Assembly (NCBI GenBank): GCA_027858745.1
Contig: JAQICB010000104.1
Location: 1 to 60,721 of the forward strand
Length of the DNA stretch: 60,721 nucleotides
Reading direction: 5' to 3'
DNA from: Bacteroidales bacterium
GTDB lineage: Bacteria; Bacteroidota; Bacteroidia; Bacteroidales; UBA1715
A program made the position numbers and the translations under genes. Positions 47,061-60,400 of the stretch are shown in pieces (the first letter of the stretch is position 1; every line of letters starts with the position of its first letter). Below the pieces are notes generated by a model. The model had not been told where the DNA came from and did not search any database. It saw only the letters and a list, made by a program, of their open reading frames with translations.

Positions 47061-47724
47061 GTTTGTTAATTTTCATACCCATCAAATGTCTCTCAATGAT
47101 GATTGTATTGATATTCTTCAATTATCGATAGAGGAGGTGCTTCGTGGAAAAGGGACAAAAGGGGTATATTTCTCTTCCGGCATTCATCCTTGGGATAGCG
47201 CACAGCCGAATGCGAAGCAGGTGATAAATGATTTGGAGCAACTTGCCAATTCGGATACATTTTTTTGTATAGGTGAATGTGGTATCGATAGAGCATGTGA
47301 TGTGCCGCTTGAGATACAATTTCCGGTTTTCGAACAACAGGTTCAAATTGCGCAAAAAACGGGAAAACCACTCATTATTCATGCTGTCCGCTCGTATTCT
47401 GATATTCTTTCTGTCTTGAAAAAATATGCAGTGACTATTCCGATTATTTTTCATGATTTTCGAGGAAATGAGGTGCAAATAACTCAAATGCTTCATTATA
47501 ATGCATATTTTTCTTTTGGTTTTTCCGGGATTTCTCAGGCAAAAATGCACAAAAATATTCACCTTATTCCTCGTGAACGTCTGTGCTTGGAAACAGATGA
47601 TGATAATAGACAGGTCTCTGATATGTATGGAATTGCATCTGATATTCTAGATATTTCCGTCTCTGAATTATGCGGATATTTAGTCCAAAATTTTAAAAGA
47701 ATTATGCAGAAAGATATTTTATGA
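47050..47724 (+). CDS. TatD family hydrolase
   Basis: HTH at the N-terminus, GIHPW, IGECGID, IIH, LETD. Confidence 0.9.
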   Translation: MCSKFVNFHTHQMSLNDDCIDILQLSIEEVLRGKGTKGVYFSSGIHPWDSAQPNAKQVINDLEQLANSDTFFCIGECGIDRACDVPLEIQFPVFEQQVQIAQKTGKPLIIHAVRSYSDILSVLKKYAVTIPIIFHDFRGNEVQITQMLHYNAYFSFGFSGISQAKMHKNIHLIPRERLCLETDDDNRQVSDMYGIASDILDISVSELCGYLVQNFKRIMQKDIL

Positions 47725-47793
47725 TATTTTTTTGCTATATTGCAAAACTTAAATTTAGGCAGCGAATATTTCGATGCAAAATCAGACTATTAC

Positions 47794-48180
47794 ATGGAAA
47801 AAGAACAGATTAATTTAGAATTTAGTTTTAAATCGTCTCCCAAGATTTTATATAATCGTTTGTCGTCTCCTTCGGGATTGGCTGAGTGGTTTGCTGATGA
47901 TGTAAACTTTGAGAATCAATACAAAACCTACATTTTTATTTGGGACGGTTATGAAACCCGTGCTGAAGTTCTTGGGAAAAAGGAGTTTTCTTATATTCGG
48001 TTTCGGTGGGAAGAAGATGAAGGTGAAGATTATTATTTTGAATTTCGTATTAATATTGATGATTTGACCGGAGATGTTGCTCTTGTTATTACAGATTTTG
48101 CGGAACCCGACGAAAAAGAAGATGCAATTCAGCTGTGGGAAACGCAAATTGAACAGTTAAAACTTGTTTTAGGTTCGTGA
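47794..48180 (+). CDS. START-like domain protein
   Basis: SPSGLAEWFADDV, FIWDG, ITDFAE..LWE.QI; start set at MEKEQ. Confidence 0.85.
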   Translation: MEKEQINLEFSFKSSPKILYNRLSSPSGLAEWFADDVNFENQYKTYIFIWDGYETRAEVLGKKEFSYIRFRWEEDEGEDYYFEFRINIDDLTGDVALVITDFAEPDEKEDAIQLWETQIEQLKLVLGS

Positions 48181-48190
48181 TTTTCACTTC

Positions 48191-49639
48191 GTGCATATGC
48201 TCGGTATTAAAAAATTAGATTGGCTCGTTGTTCGGTCATATCTCACCCCTTTTATTATTACTTTTTTTGTGACCACATTTATTTTGCTCATGCAATTTTT
48301 GTGGAAATATATCGATGACCTTGTTGGAAAAGGACTCGAATGGTCTGTTGTTGCCGAATTGATGTTTTATGCTTCAATGGGATTATTCGAAATGTCGCTT
48401 CCCTTGGCTATTTTGTGTGCTTCTATATTTGTGTATGGAAATTTGGGGGAAAACAATGAGTTAATTGCCATTAAATCTGCGGGTATTTCTCTTGTTCGAA
48501 TTATGAAACCCCTCGTGATTGTAAATCTTTTAATTGCATCTCTTGCTTTTGTGTATTCAAATAATGTGTTGCCGTACAGTAATTTGCGACTGTGGTCTCT
48601 TATGTTTGATGTGCGTCATCAACGACCGGCATTGAATATTCAGGAAGGGGTGTTTTTCGACGGGCTCGATAATATCCGCATTAAAATTGAGTCGAAAAAC
48701 ATAAATACAAATATGATGTATAATGTGTTGATATACGATCATAGAAAAGAAGACGGTAATACTAATGTGATTTTGGCTGATTCAGCAATGATGCAGGTTA
48801 CACCCAATGAGCAATATTTAATCTTTTCACTTTTTAATGGAAGACGATACGAAGAATTACTCGATGCTCGTAATCCACGGCAAACACGCATAAAACGTCC
48901 CTTTCAGGAACAAAAATTTACCAAACAAGAGGTTTTGTTTGAATTGGATCCGACCGAGTTTGACCGAACAAATATGGAGTTGTTTCGGCATAATGCGAAA
49001 ATGCAGAATTTAATGCAGCTTCAATATACAATAGATTCTCTCAAAGCATATAAGAAAAAGTTGAATGACCGAAGTTTTAAGCATTTTTTTATGTATAAAA
49101 TTTTTAAAGGAATTTCGGTCAAAGAGGAACCCCCGCTTGTTGTGCCGGTCGATTCTCTGTTTTATGCAATGAATGAAATTTATAAAAAACAATCGGTTTC
49201 GCGTGCTTTAGATTTTGCTCGAATGGCAGAATCATATCTTACGACAAATATTGATAATGAACATGAACAAAATTTGGTATTTAACAGGCATCGTATCGAA
49301 TTACATAAAAAATTCACACTGGCAATAGCTTGTTTTATTATGTTTTTTGTTGGGGCTCCTTTTGGTGCAATTGTCCGAAAAGGTGGATTGGGTATTCCCG
49401 TTATTTTTTCGTTCATTTTCTTTTTGGTATACTATATTATAAGTATGATTGGTGAAAAAGGAGTGAAATCTGGAGAAATGAATGCAGTTTGGGGAATGTG
49501 GTTTGCTACACTTATTGTATTCGTAATTGGTATGATCTTTACCTATATGGCAACGCACGATAAGGTTATTGCACGTCCAAAAATTCTTATTCAAAACTTG
49601 ATAGGCATTTTAAAATTGAAAAAACAAAAGAATATATGA
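48191..49639 (+). CDS. LptF/LptG family LPS export permease
   Basis: MQFLWKYIDDLVGKGL, ENNELIAIKSAGISL, GAPFGAIVRKGGLG; 3+3 TM layout. Confidence 0.92.
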   Translation: MHMLGIKKLDWLVVRSYLTPFIITFFVTTFILLMQFLWKYIDDLVGKGLEWSVVAELMFYASMGLFEMSLPLAILCASIFVYGNLGENNELIAIKSAGISLVRIMKPLVIVNLLIASLAFVYSNNVLPYSNLRLWSLMFDVRHQRPALNIQEGVFFDGLDNIRIKIESKNINTNMMYNVLIYDHRKEDGNTNVILADSAMMQVTPNEQYLIFSLFNGRRYEELLDARNPRQTRIKRPFQEQKFTKQEVLFELDPTEFDRTNMELFRHNAKMQNLMQLQYTIDSLKAYKKKLNDRSFKHFFMYKIFKGISVKEEPPLVVPVDSLFYAMNEIYKKQSVSRALDFARMAESYLTTNIDNEHEQNLVFNRHRIELHKKFTLAIACFIMFFVGAPFGAIVRKGGLGIPVIFSFIFFLVYYIISMIGEKGVKSGEMNAVWGMWFATLIVFVIGMIFTYMATHDKVIARPKILIQNLIGILKLKKQKNI

Positions 49640-50844
49640 ACATATTACAGATTTGTAATAAATTTCCGTATCCGCTTAAGGATGGTGGTGTAATTGCGGC
49701 GTTTAGTATGCTTAAAGGGTTTTATGTAACCGGGCATGATGTTACAGTTTTGGCTATTAATACATCAAAACATTATACTGATGTTGATGATATTCCTTTT
49801 GAAATAACTCAAATGGCTAATTTTCATCAGGTTTACAAAAACACTCATATTACCTTTTTTGGTGCTTTGTGGAATTTGTGTTTTTCGCAAATTCCATATA
49901 CTGCAAGTCGGTTTTTATTTCCGAAATTTAAAAATAAATTGAAACAAGTGCTCTCTCAAAATAAGTTTGAGATAATTCAAATTGAGGGCTTATATATGTG
50001 TGCGTATATTCCGTTTATTCGTCAATTTTCGGATGCACAAATAGTATATCGTGCACATAATGTGGAGTGTGAGATATGGGATAGATTGTGGCGAGAAACG
50101 AAAAATCCTGTTAAAAAGTGCTATATTAAAACGGTCGCAAAGCGGGTTGAACGTTTCGAACGAAAATATATAAATATGTACGATTTATTGGTGTCTATAA
50201 CACAACGTGATGCTGATAAATACTACGAAATGGGTAATGTGAAACCTTATTTTGTTGCTCCAACAGGAGTGTTTGTAGAAGAAATGAACGTGGTACAAAA
50301 AGATGAGGTTTCGTCTTTGTTTCATATTGGTGGATTGGATTGGGCTCCAAATCAACAAGGACTCGTGTGGTTCTTGCGTGAATGTTGGCCGAAAATTCAT
50401 GAAAAATATCCTCAATTGCGGTGTTCTCTTGCAGGTAGAAATGCTCCAGGATGGTTTGTGGAAGAGATGAATGTGTCTGGTGTAGAGTTTGTTGGCGAAG
50501 TTTCTAATGCAAAAGATTATATGATGGCACAAGATATTATGGTTGTGCCGCTTATGGCAGGTAGTGGTATGAGAATTAAGATTATAGAGGGAATGGCGTA
50601 CGGAAAAACAATTGTATCTACAAGTATTGGTGCAGAAGGAATTCCGGCGAAGCCTGATGCGGAAATTGTGATTGCAAACAATGTAGATGAGTTTGTTGAC
50701 AAAATATCTGATTTGGTGGATAATCCCGTCAAAGTTTATGATATAGCAAAAAATGCACGTACCTTTGTGCGTCAAAAATTTGATAATTATTCAATAATTC
50801 AAGAGCTTGTAGATTTTTACTTTCGATATGTATTTCGCAATTGA
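49636..50844 (+). CDS. Glycosyltransferase family 4
   Basis: PYPLKDGG, HNVE, VPLMAGSGMRIKIIEGMAYG..VSTSIGAEG. Confidence 0.9.
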   Translation: MNILQICNKFPYPLKDGGVIAAFSMLKGFYVTGHDVTVLAINTSKHYTDVDDIPFEITQMANFHQVYKNTHITFFGALWNLCFSQIPYTASRFLFPKFKNKLKQVLSQNKFEIIQIEGLYMCAYIPFIRQFSDAQIVYRAHNVECEIWDRLWRETKNPVKKCYIKTVAKRVERFERKYINMYDLLVSITQRDADKYYEMGNVKPYFVAPTGVFVEEMNVVQKDEVSSLFHIGGLDWAPNQQGLVWFLRECWPKIHEKYPQLRCSLAGRNAPGWFVEEMNVSGVEFVGEVSNAKDYMMAQDIMVVPLMAGSGMRIKIIEGMAYGKTIVSTSIGAEGIPAKPDAEIVIANNVDEFVDKISDLVDNPVKVYDIAKNARTFVRQKFDNYSIIQELVDFYFRYVFRN

Positions 50845-52006
50845 GGTTTTTTTTTGGTGTTGTGTTGCGGGTATTTTTCATACCTATATAATGTATCCGT
50901 TTTTGTTGAAAATACTTACGGTACACAAAAAGCAAAATCAACACGTATTTTCTTTGCATGATGATGATTTGCCGCATGTTTCTATTATTATAGCAGCACA
51001 TAACGAAGAGGAAGTGATTGAAAAAAAAATCAATAGTACCTTCGATACATCATACCCCACGGATTTGTTTGATGTGCATATTGGTTCTGATAATTCATCG
51101 GATAGAACAAACGAAATTATAACATCATACTCGCAACATTACCCACAGTTACACCTCCATGATTTTTCGTCTCGACACGGTAAGGCGGCTATTATAAATA
51201 CACTTGTTGCTGAAGCCTCGTCCGATATTATTATTCTTACCGATGCCAATGTGTTTTTCGAAGCACACACACTGTATGAATTGGTGAAGCATTACAAAAA
51301 TCCTGATATTGCTTTGGTTGGAGGGTATATTATTAATACAAATATTAAAAAAACAGGAATATCTCTTCAAGAAAAAACATATTTATCGCATGAAAATCTG
51401 ATAAAATATCGAGAGGGAATTTTGTGGGGATCGATGATTGGTGCTTTTGGTGGAGTGTATTCCATACGGAGAGAATATTACACACCGGTCCCGACAAATT
51501 ATTTTATGGATGATTTTTTTATTACCATGTCGGTTATTCAGCAGGGGAAAAAAACAATTGCGGAATTGAATGCGGTGTGTTATGAAGATATTTCAAATAT
51601 TATTCACGAAGAGTTTCGCCGAAAAGTACGTATTTCTATTGGTAATTTTCAGAATCTTTCGAGTTTCGGGCATATTGCATCTCGCGTTTTTACCGGAGCC
51701 GGATTTAGTTTTTTTTCGCATAAGGTTTTACGGTGGATGACACCGTTTTTATTGATTGATTGTCTTATTGCTTCGGCCATACTTTTTTCTCAAGATATTT
51801 TATATTCTTATGCGTTCTTTGCTCAAATTACCGTACTTTTGTTGCCCGTAATAGACATAATATTGAAGCGAGTGAATATACATATTTCAGTATTACGGTT
51901 TATTACCCATTTTTATAGTATGAATGTGGCCTTGTTTATAGGTTTTTTTAAGTTTTTGAAAGGAGTAGATTCAAATGTGTGGCAACCAACAAAACGAAAT
52001 CAATAA
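50828..52006 (+). CDS. Glycosyltransferase family 2 (membrane-associated)
   Basis: [33 protein letters not shown]; flanking TM helices. Confidence 0.9.
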   Translation: MYFAIEVFFWCCVAGIFHTYIMYPFLLKILTVHKKQNQHVFSLHDDDLPHVSIIIAAHNEEEVIEKKINSTFDTSYPTDLFDVHIGSDNSSDRTNEIITSYSQHYPQLHLHDFSSRHGKAAIINTLVAEASSDIIILTDANVFFEAHTLYELVKHYKNPDIALVGGYIINTNIKKTGISLQEKTYLSHENLIKYREGILWGSMIGAFGGVYSIRREYYTPVPTNYFMDDFFITMSVIQQGKKTIAELNAVCYEDISNIIHEEFRRKVRISIGNFQNLSSFGHIASRVFTGAGFSFFSHKVLRWMTPFLLIDCLIASAILFSQDILYSYAFFAQITVLLLPVIDIILKRVNIHISVLRFITHFYSMNVALFIGFFKFLKGVDSNVWQPTKRNQ

Positions 52007-53222
52007 TACATTGTTTAATACAATAGAAGAAGCTGTTGAGGATATTAAGAACGGTAAGGTAATTATTGTTGTTGATAGTGAAGATAGGGAAAATGAGGGG
52101 GATTTTGTCTGTGCAGCAGAAAGCATAAGTCCTGAAATTATTAATTTTATGGCAACTCATGGCAGAGGACTTATTTGTGCTCCGCTAACTGAAGATCGAT
52201 GCGAGGAATTGGAACTCGATTTGATGGTGGGGAAAAATACGGCTATGCACGAAACACCGTTTACGGTGTCTGTGGATTTAATAGGGCAGGGATGTACTAC
52301 CGGTATTTCTGCTTTTGATCGTGCCAAAACAGTACAAGCTTTGGTAGACCCGAATACTATACCTGAAGATTTAGGACGACCCGGACATATTTTTCCGCTG
52401 AAAGCTAAAAATCGCGGGGTTCTTCGTCGCTCCGGGCATACCGAAGCAGCGGTAGATTTAAGTGTTATGGCAGGTCTTCAACCGGGTGGGGTTTTAGTCG
52501 AAATTATGAACGAAGATGGTTCCATGGCTCGCTTACCGGAATTAATGGATATAAGCAAAAAATTCGACCTCAAAATTATTTCTATTGAGGATTTAATTGC
52601 ATATAAACTCGATAAAGATAGCCTGGTTGAAATGGGCGATATGGTGAAAATGCCGACTGATTTTGGTGATTTCAATTTGGTTCCGTTTCGACAACTTTCG
52701 AACGGCTTAGAGCATGTGGCTCTTATAAAAGGGGAGTGGACTCCGAGCGAAGCGGTATTGGTGCGAGTGCATTCTTCCTGTTTGACCGGCGATGTTTTTC
52801 ACAGTCAACGATGCGATTGCGGTCACCAACTCGAAGAGGCTCTCAGACGGGTCAATACGGAAGGGAAAGGTGTTGTCTTATATATGAATCAAGAGGGACG
52901 GGGTATAGGTTTGTTTAATAAAATAAAAACCTATAAATTGCAAGAAGAAGGACTCGACACGGTTGAGGCAAATATTGAACTTGGCTTCAAAGATGATGAA
53001 CGAGACTATGGCGTAGGTGCTGAAATTTTACGAAAATTAGGCGTAAAAAAAATGCGTTTGCTTACCAATAATCCTACAAAACGTGCAGGTTTAGAGGGAC
53101 ATGGGCTTGAGATAGTGGAAAATGTAACAATTGAAGTGCAGATGAATCCGCATAATGAATTTTATATGCAAACTAAAAAAAATAAAATGGGGCATACCCT
53201 TCATTTTTGTATGCGACATTAA
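51975..53222 (+). CDS. ribBA: Bifunctional DHBP synthase / GTP cyclohydrolase II (start uncertain)
   Basis: [48 protein letters not shown]. Confidence 0.96.
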   Translation: MCGNQQNEINNTLFNTIEEAVEDIKNGKVIIVVDSEDRENEGDFVCAAESISPEIINFMATHGRGLICAPLTEDRCEELELDLMVGKNTAMHETPFTVSVDLIGQGCTTGISAFDRAKTVQALVDPNTIPEDLGRPGHIFPLKAKNRGVLRRSGHTEAAVDLSVMAGLQPGGVLVEIMNEDGSMARLPELMDISKKFDLKIISIEDLIAYKLDKDSLVEMGDMVKMPTDFGDFNLVPFRQLSNGLEHVALIKGEWTPSEAVLVRVHSSCLTGDVFHSQRCDCGHQLEEALRRVNTEGKGVVLYMNQEGRGIGLFNKIKTYKLQEEGLDTVEANIELGFKDDERDYGVGAEILRKLGVKKMRLLTNNPTKRAGLEGHGLEIVENVTIEVQMNPHNEFYMQTKKNKMGHTLHFCMRH

Positions 53223-53234
53223 AAACCGGTGATT

Positions 53235-54221
53235 ATGGCACAATTGTATCCCATAAAATGTAAACCAATATACAAACAAACTGTTTGGGGCGGTTCCAAT
53301 ATCGCTTCTGTATTCGGACGTGCCGATGTGCCAGAAAAATGTGGAGAGTCTTGGGAAATTTCTGCCGTGCAAGATTCAATTTCTGTTATTGAAAATGGCT
53401 TTCTTGCCGGAAATACGCTCCAAGAAGCTATTGAGATTTATATGGACGAATTGGTTGGTTCTGCTGTGTATGATGCTTTTGGTGTTGAGTTTCCGCTTTT
53501 ATGTAAATTTATTGATTCCCACGATTTTCTTTCGGTGCAAGTGCACCCCAATAACGAATTGGCTAAAGAACGGCATAATTCGTACGGAAAAACAGAAATG
53601 TGGTATATTGTTGAAGCAGATGAGGATGCACAAATTATTTTAGGATTCGACCGCGAGATGTCTCGTGATGAATTTTTAGCTTTAGTACAAGACTCAAAAG
53701 AATTAGTAAACTCTCTCTCATATCGTGCCGTGAAAAAAGGCGAGGTGTTTTTCGTTCCTGCCGGTTTGGTTCACGCTATCGGTCAAGGAGTGCTTTTGGC
53801 AGAAATTCAACAAACCTCCGACGTTACCTACCGCATTTACGATTGGGACAGGAAAGATGCAGAAGGTAATGAGCGGGAATTGCATCTCGATTTAGCATTA
53901 GATGCTATAGATTACTCTCTCCCCAAACAAGTTTCGGTATTATATGAACCATATAGAATTGGCGAACAAAAACTGCTTGAATGTGAATTCTTTGTGTGCT
54001 CTTTATTGCACATAGAAACTGATTTCACTAAAGATTACTACCCTATAGATTCCGGTGTTGTGTATATGTGTGTGGAAGGAGCCGGTACCATTATCTATGG
54101 TGAAGGTGAAGCCGAAACCATATCACAAGGAGAAACCATATTATTACCCGCATCATTATGTGAAATCACCATCCAATCCAGCGAACCACTAGGCATATTG
54201 GAAGTGTATGTCCCGTCGTAA
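53235..54221 (+). CDS. manA: Mannose-6-phosphate isomerase, class I
   Basis: VWGG, GESWE, FPLL.K.ID, LSVQVHP, KTEMWY, HAIG, EIQQTSD.TYR.YDW. Confidence 0.92.
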   Translation: MAQLYPIKCKPIYKQTVWGGSNIASVFGRADVPEKCGESWEISAVQDSISVIENGFLAGNTLQEAIEIYMDELVGSAVYDAFGVEFPLLCKFIDSHDFLSVQVHPNNELAKERHNSYGKTEMWYIVEADEDAQIILGFDREMSRDEFLALVQDSKELVNSLSYRAVKKGEVFFVPAGLVHAIGQGVLLAEIQQTSDVTYRIYDWDRKDAEGNERELHLDLALDAIDYSLPKQVSVLYEPYRIGEQKLLECEFFVCSLLHIETDFTKDYYPIDSGVVYMCVEGAGTIIYGEGEAETISQGETILLPASLCEITIQSSEPLGILEVYVPS

Positions 54222-54416
54222 ATGAAATTCGTCATTGTAGATAATATATGTTTTAAATATATATTGTTAATAAAAAACACCCTTTTTTAAGTAACTAATA
54301 GTCATATAATTTGCGTATATACATATAGATGTGTATTTTTACGTATATTTTAATAAAAAGAGAGAGGATATACAGGAAAATACCCCCGTGTATTGTTATT
54401 ATATAAAAAGGGAGCT

Positions 54417-57400
54417 ATGAATAATTTATTTACATATCGTTTTGCGTTTCTGCATAAATGCTTGTCGTTTGTGGTGGTTTTTTTGTTTGTTGTAGGGGGG
54501 AGTTTTGCGGCAACATTTACAAGTTCACAATCAGGCGATTGGAATAATTCAGCAACATGGGGTGGTGCTGGAGTCCCTGGCGCAGGTGATGATGTCGTGA
54601 TAGGTGGTAATTGGTGGCATGATATTACTGTTGATTTAAGTGAGGTAGAATGTAATAATCTTACATTACAAAATGGTGGAGAATTGATTGTAAATTCTAA
54701 TACTGTTATTGTAAATGGAAATTTAGTTTGTTCACAATGGGATTATTCAATAACTTTTACTTCAGGCGGTGTTTTGAAGGTTGCGGGAAATATAGATTTA
54801 CAAGGAGTTAACGATGTTGGTACAATACAAGGATTTCATAATTCTTCTTTAGGAACTCTTGAGTTGATAGGTTCAAGTGTGCAAACTATAAATATCGTTA
54901 CTTCTGGACATGTAATAGGTGCTTTAAAGCAGAGTGCTTCTTCTTCTAATAACTTTTCAATAAATGGTAGTGGAACTTTGACTTGTTATACATATGATCA
55001 AAATTGTAATAGTGTTAATTTGGTGAATGGAGATTCTCAAATTATTGTAGGTGCTGGTGGTACTATAAATACTGCTTGCTATATTCCCACAATCACCACC
55101 TCCGAAACAACATTATCAGGATTTGGATATTGTGAGGGAGCAGCTTCGTCAACTTCTACTTCTGACTTATTTACTATTAGTGGTGAAAATTTAGTTGGCA
55201 CTGGGAATATTACCGTTACAGGAAGCACCAATTTTGAGGTGTCTACAGATAATAGTACGTTTTCTGCCTCTGTAACATATGCATATGCTAGTGGAGTAAT
55301 TACCGCTCAACCAAAAACTGTGTATGTGCGTTTAAAATCATCAGCAAGTACAGGTTCATATAATGAAAATATTACGGTAAGTGGTGGTGATGCTGATTCA
55401 AAAACCGTTGCATGTAGCGGTTCAGTTGATGCTCAACCTGTTGGTGGTTCAGTGTCAGGTGGAACAACTATTTGTTCTGGTAATACGAGTGAAACCCTTA
55501 CATTAGCTTCTCATACAGGAACAATTTCGAAATGGCAGTATTCTAATGATAATTTCTCATCCGATGTACATGATATTGCTCATACTAGTACGACATATAC
55601 TTCCGGAGCTCTTACAGAAACAACCTATTTTCGTGCAATTATTTCTAATGGTATATGCTCAGATGCTCAATCTTCAAGTACAACAGTTACGGTATTATCA
55701 GTACCAACAGGTGGAACTGTATCCGGCGGTTCTACTATTTGTGAAGGAGAGACAAGTGGTGAACTTTCATTGTCGGGACACAGCGGAAGTGTTGTGAAAT
55801 GGCAATCATCTACTGACGGCGGTTCAACGTGGTCGGATATTGTGAATACCAATACTACGTATACATCAGGTGCCCTTACACAAAATACTGATTTTCATGC
55901 GGTGCTTACAAATGGAACGTGTACCTCAAATTCTGCTTCAGCAACAGTTTCGGTTGATTCAGAACCTGTTGGAGGTTCTATATCTCCTGCTTCTAATACT
56001 ATTTGTGAAAGTGAATCAACCGGCACGTTAACATTGAGTGGTCAATCAGGTACAATTGCTGAATGGCAAAAATCAACTGATGGTGGTTCAACCTGGCCTT
56101 CGATTGTTAATACGTCGACAACACATAGTGAGTCTTTAACTGAATCAACTGATTTTCGTGTTGTTATCTCTAATGGTGTTTGTGCCGATGTATATTCATC
56201 CTTATCAGAGATAACAGTTGTTGCTGCACCTACCGGTGGTACTGTGTCAGGTGATGCTGAAAAATGTGAAGGTGAAACGGTTACAGTAACCTTGTCCGGT
56301 CATTCTGATGATGTTCAAAAATGGCAATCATCGACTGACGGGGGATCTACCTGGTCTGATATTGTGAATGCCACTACGACATACACTTCGGATGCACTTT
56401 CGCAAACAACAGTTTACAGAGCTGTTTTAACAAATGGAACCTGTACTACAAATTCAGCAACTCATACGGTAACCGTAAATGCACTTCCTGCGATATCTGT
56501 GCATCCTTCAACAGCACAACAAGATGAATGTAAGAATGTTGCTGCAGCTGCATTGTCTGTTACTGCTTCAGGAGCAGGATTAACCTATCAGTGGTATAAA
56601 AATACTTCGGAATCGAATAGTGGCGGCACGCTAATTTCGGGAGCAGCTTCTTCAAGTTATACGCCTGTAACTACAACAGCCGGTACGTTATATTATTATT
56701 GTGTTGTTTCAGGAACTTGTTCACCTGCAGCCACGAGTGATGTCTCAGGTGCTGTTATTACCAGAGAAATTCCTACGGCAACAGCGAGTGCAAATACACC
56801 TTTATACGAAAATGCAATATTAGAATTGTATGGTGGGCCGTCCGGTATGGCTACATATTCATGGAGCGGACCAAATAGTTTTTCGAGTAATGAACGTAAT
56901 CCAACGGATATGTCAATTTCTTCTGCTGATGCCGGAGACTATACTTTAACTGTTATGAGTTTGTATGGCTGTTCAGATGATGCAACAGTAAATGTTTCAA
57001 TAAGCGAGGCTACTGATTTTTATTACGATGGAAGCGGAAGTATTGCTACTCTTTCAAATTGGGGAACAAATACCGATGGAAGCGGAACAAATCCTACTGA
57101 TTTCACCTCTGATGGACAAACCTTTAATATTATACACAACAGTACAACAACACCTACATTGGGTGCTGCCTGGTCAGTTTCGGGGAATGGATCTAAAGTT
57201 GTAGTTGGAGATGGAACCAATGCAACTAATTTTACTATACCTGCTGCATATTCATTAACAACAGGAGGTACTGTGGATGTCGATGTGAAGAATAATGCAA
57301 CACTTACCATTACAAATGCAAGTTCTCCAAGTTTAGGATATCTTGCAAGTGGTAGTACCGTAGTGTATAATGGTAGTGGAACACAAACAGTGAAAGGAGC

Positions 57401-60400
57401 AAATTATTATAACCTATCTTTAGATAATACAAGAGGTGGGGTAACAGTTACTTTAGAAAGTGGAACAATTTCAGTATCGAATACTTTTACCGTAAGTGGT
57501 CTCGGAACCTTGGATTCTGATTATGTTATTTCTGCCACTGATAATACATTTATTTTTGATGGTACCGGAGATCAAGATATTCCGGCATTTCAATTTAATA
57601 ATTTGCATACTGAGTTAGGTGGAACAAAAACAGTGACCGGTAATATTATAATTAATAACAATTTGAAAATAGGTGCTATTTCTACCTTAAATGGTGGTGT
57701 TGATAAAACGATTGAACTTGCAGGTTCAAGTAGTGTCGTTACTATTATAGGTAGGTTTACTCCGGGAACAGGAACTGTTGAGTATACTAGTGCGAGTGAT
57801 GTAACAGTTGGGGCAATGAATTATAATAATTTGAATTTGTCAGGAGGAGATAGAACATTACAATCTTCAAATATTATAGGTGTTGCAGGTACATTTACTC
57901 CTGGAGCGGGTTCAAATACAATTGATGGAAGTTCTATATCATTTAATGGTTCTTCTGCTCAAGATGTGCCGGCTTTTACTTTCAATAATCTTATTATTAA
58001 TAATACATCTACCGGTGTTACGATGCTAGGAAATGTCTCAGTTGCCGGTATGTTAACGATGACAGAAGGAGTGTTAGATGTCAATTCAAATATACTTACT
58101 ATTACGAATACCGATGCAAATGCCGTATCTGATGGCTCGAAAAGTTCATATATTAATGGTACACTTTCAAGAAATATTGCTGCTAATTTGAGTTCTGCAT
58201 CAGGAACGTATAAGTTTCCTCTTGGAGTAAGTGCAGAATATTATGGTTTTTCCATAAATACTCTCACAACCGGTGCTTCTGCTCCGGTAGTGTCAGTTGA
58301 TGTGACTGTTGCAAATCCATCAGGAACAACTGATGTTTTACTTACCGGAATTAGTAATGCAGAATATTGGGATGTTTCGTATACCGGTGATTTAACAAGT
58401 GCAAAAGTTACTTTAACAGACTCTGCCGGTTTAGGTTCACATAATGCAATAGGGCATGCTGTATCTTCAGGTGGTGAGTATACCTCTATTTTTGGCTCTG
58501 TTTCCGGAAACTCTATTATTAATTCAGAAGTTACGACGTTTAGTTCATTTCAATTAGCTACACGATCAATATCTACAGTTACATATGTGTATGACTGTAC
58601 TGGTGATTTAGATGATAATACCAGCTGGATTCAAGATGAAAATGCGAATGAGACAATTGATGGCGGAGAAGTAAGCAATCCTGCTAATTTTTCCATTGAT
58701 GATGCTACGTGGATAATTGATTGTAATGTAACGTTGAGTTCAGATTTGAATATTAGTGGTTTTAATACAACATTGCAGATTAATGCGAGTAATACTCTGA
58801 CAGTTAATGATAATGTTTCATTAACCCTAAATGGTGATTTAGATCTTCATGGAAATATTGTTACTAATGAAGGTTCGTCTATAGAGCTTTATGGTTCTAG
58901 TAGTCTAGCAATGGGGTCTTCAATTGATAATACCGGAGCTTTATCTTTTTATGAAGATGTTATTATTTCAAAAGCATCTATTGTCAATAGAACTCTCGGA
59001 ACAATAAATGTAGATAATGCTGATTTTACTTTTTCAGCAGTTGCCGAATATTCTCCAGTAACGGAAACACAATTTGTAAATTATGGATATCTTGAAGTAG
59101 TTAATGGTAATTTTTCGGTGTTAAATGCTGTTGGTGATGAATTTAATTCAAAAATATTTGTTGATTTCACTAATGCGTCGGGAGGTTATATTTTGGTTGA
59201 TAACACATTGGCACCAACTAAAGAGGTTAATTTTACAAATTTAGTTTTAGATGTAGATGCTGTTTCTTTAGAAGCAGGAAGTACTTTTAAAGTAAAACAT
59301 TCAGATGTAGACATGGCTTTATTAGCAAGTTTATCTCCAAATTTATCAGGTCATATAATTGTTGAAGATGGAGATTTGTCAGTTCATGAAAGTGGTGGAG
59401 GAACAAATTTTACTGTTGACTTAGTTGAAGGAGGTATTTTTCTTTCTGATACTGACGATTCCGGTGATGGTATTTTGAATCTTGGCGAATCGGGTGGCGC
59501 TATGACTTTTAATGTTGAAGGAACTGTGTATGCCGAAGGAATTGCTGTTGATGATGTTTTAGGTGGAGGAAATTCAATAAATGTAAAAGATGGAGGGGCA
59601 ATGTTTGTTGGGAATATTGGAGCATCTTTGCCTGATAGCTATACGTACAATTTAACTGTAGAAGATGGAGGTACTTTAAATTATTGTGGTAATAAAACAG
59701 CGTCCGGTGATGATGTTGGTACGGTTGATGTTGGAGGAACACTTAATTATGCAGAATCATATTACACAACGCAAACGCCTGACTCTCAGTCTGATTTTGA
59801 TGTGAGTGGTAGCGAAATTGCATTGTATAATTCTGCGGAAGAATGTTTGGCGGCATTTGATGCCGGTGTTTCCGGAGATAATCTTCTCCCCATAACTCTA
59901 ACCATGCTTTATGCTGAATGTGGAAATGGTGGTGTTATTATTCATTGGCAAACAGTTTCCGAGGAAAATAATAGTCATTTCACCCTGTATCGTTCGTTTG
60001 ATGGTATCAATTTCGAGGAAATTGCGGTTGTGTTAGGTGCCGGTATTTCCAATGAAATTATTAATTATGAGTATACAGATAATCCTGAACGTGATGGCTT
60101 GGTTTATTATATATTAGAACAAACGGATTTTGATGGAACAACTACTCAGTCAAAAATTATTATGATTCATACCTGTCAGGATAAGAATGAAAACATATTC
60201 CGTATTTCTCCTGATGAAATTGTGGTTGATTTTGTGAATCCCTATGAGGTGAATTATGTTGTGATAACATCTGTTGACGGTAAAATTGTTTACACCCGTC
60301 AATATGCCGGAAAAAAACAGGCAGTTATTCCTAACCGTTTTACAAGCGGTATATATGTAATTACCAATTATACACAATCGTTTATTACCAGTCAAAAATT

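Noticed and set aside
1287-60395. The many 60-196 aa ORFs nested in or antisense to long genes
   Set aside because: Shadow ORFs of well-supported coding regions, with no independent motifs.
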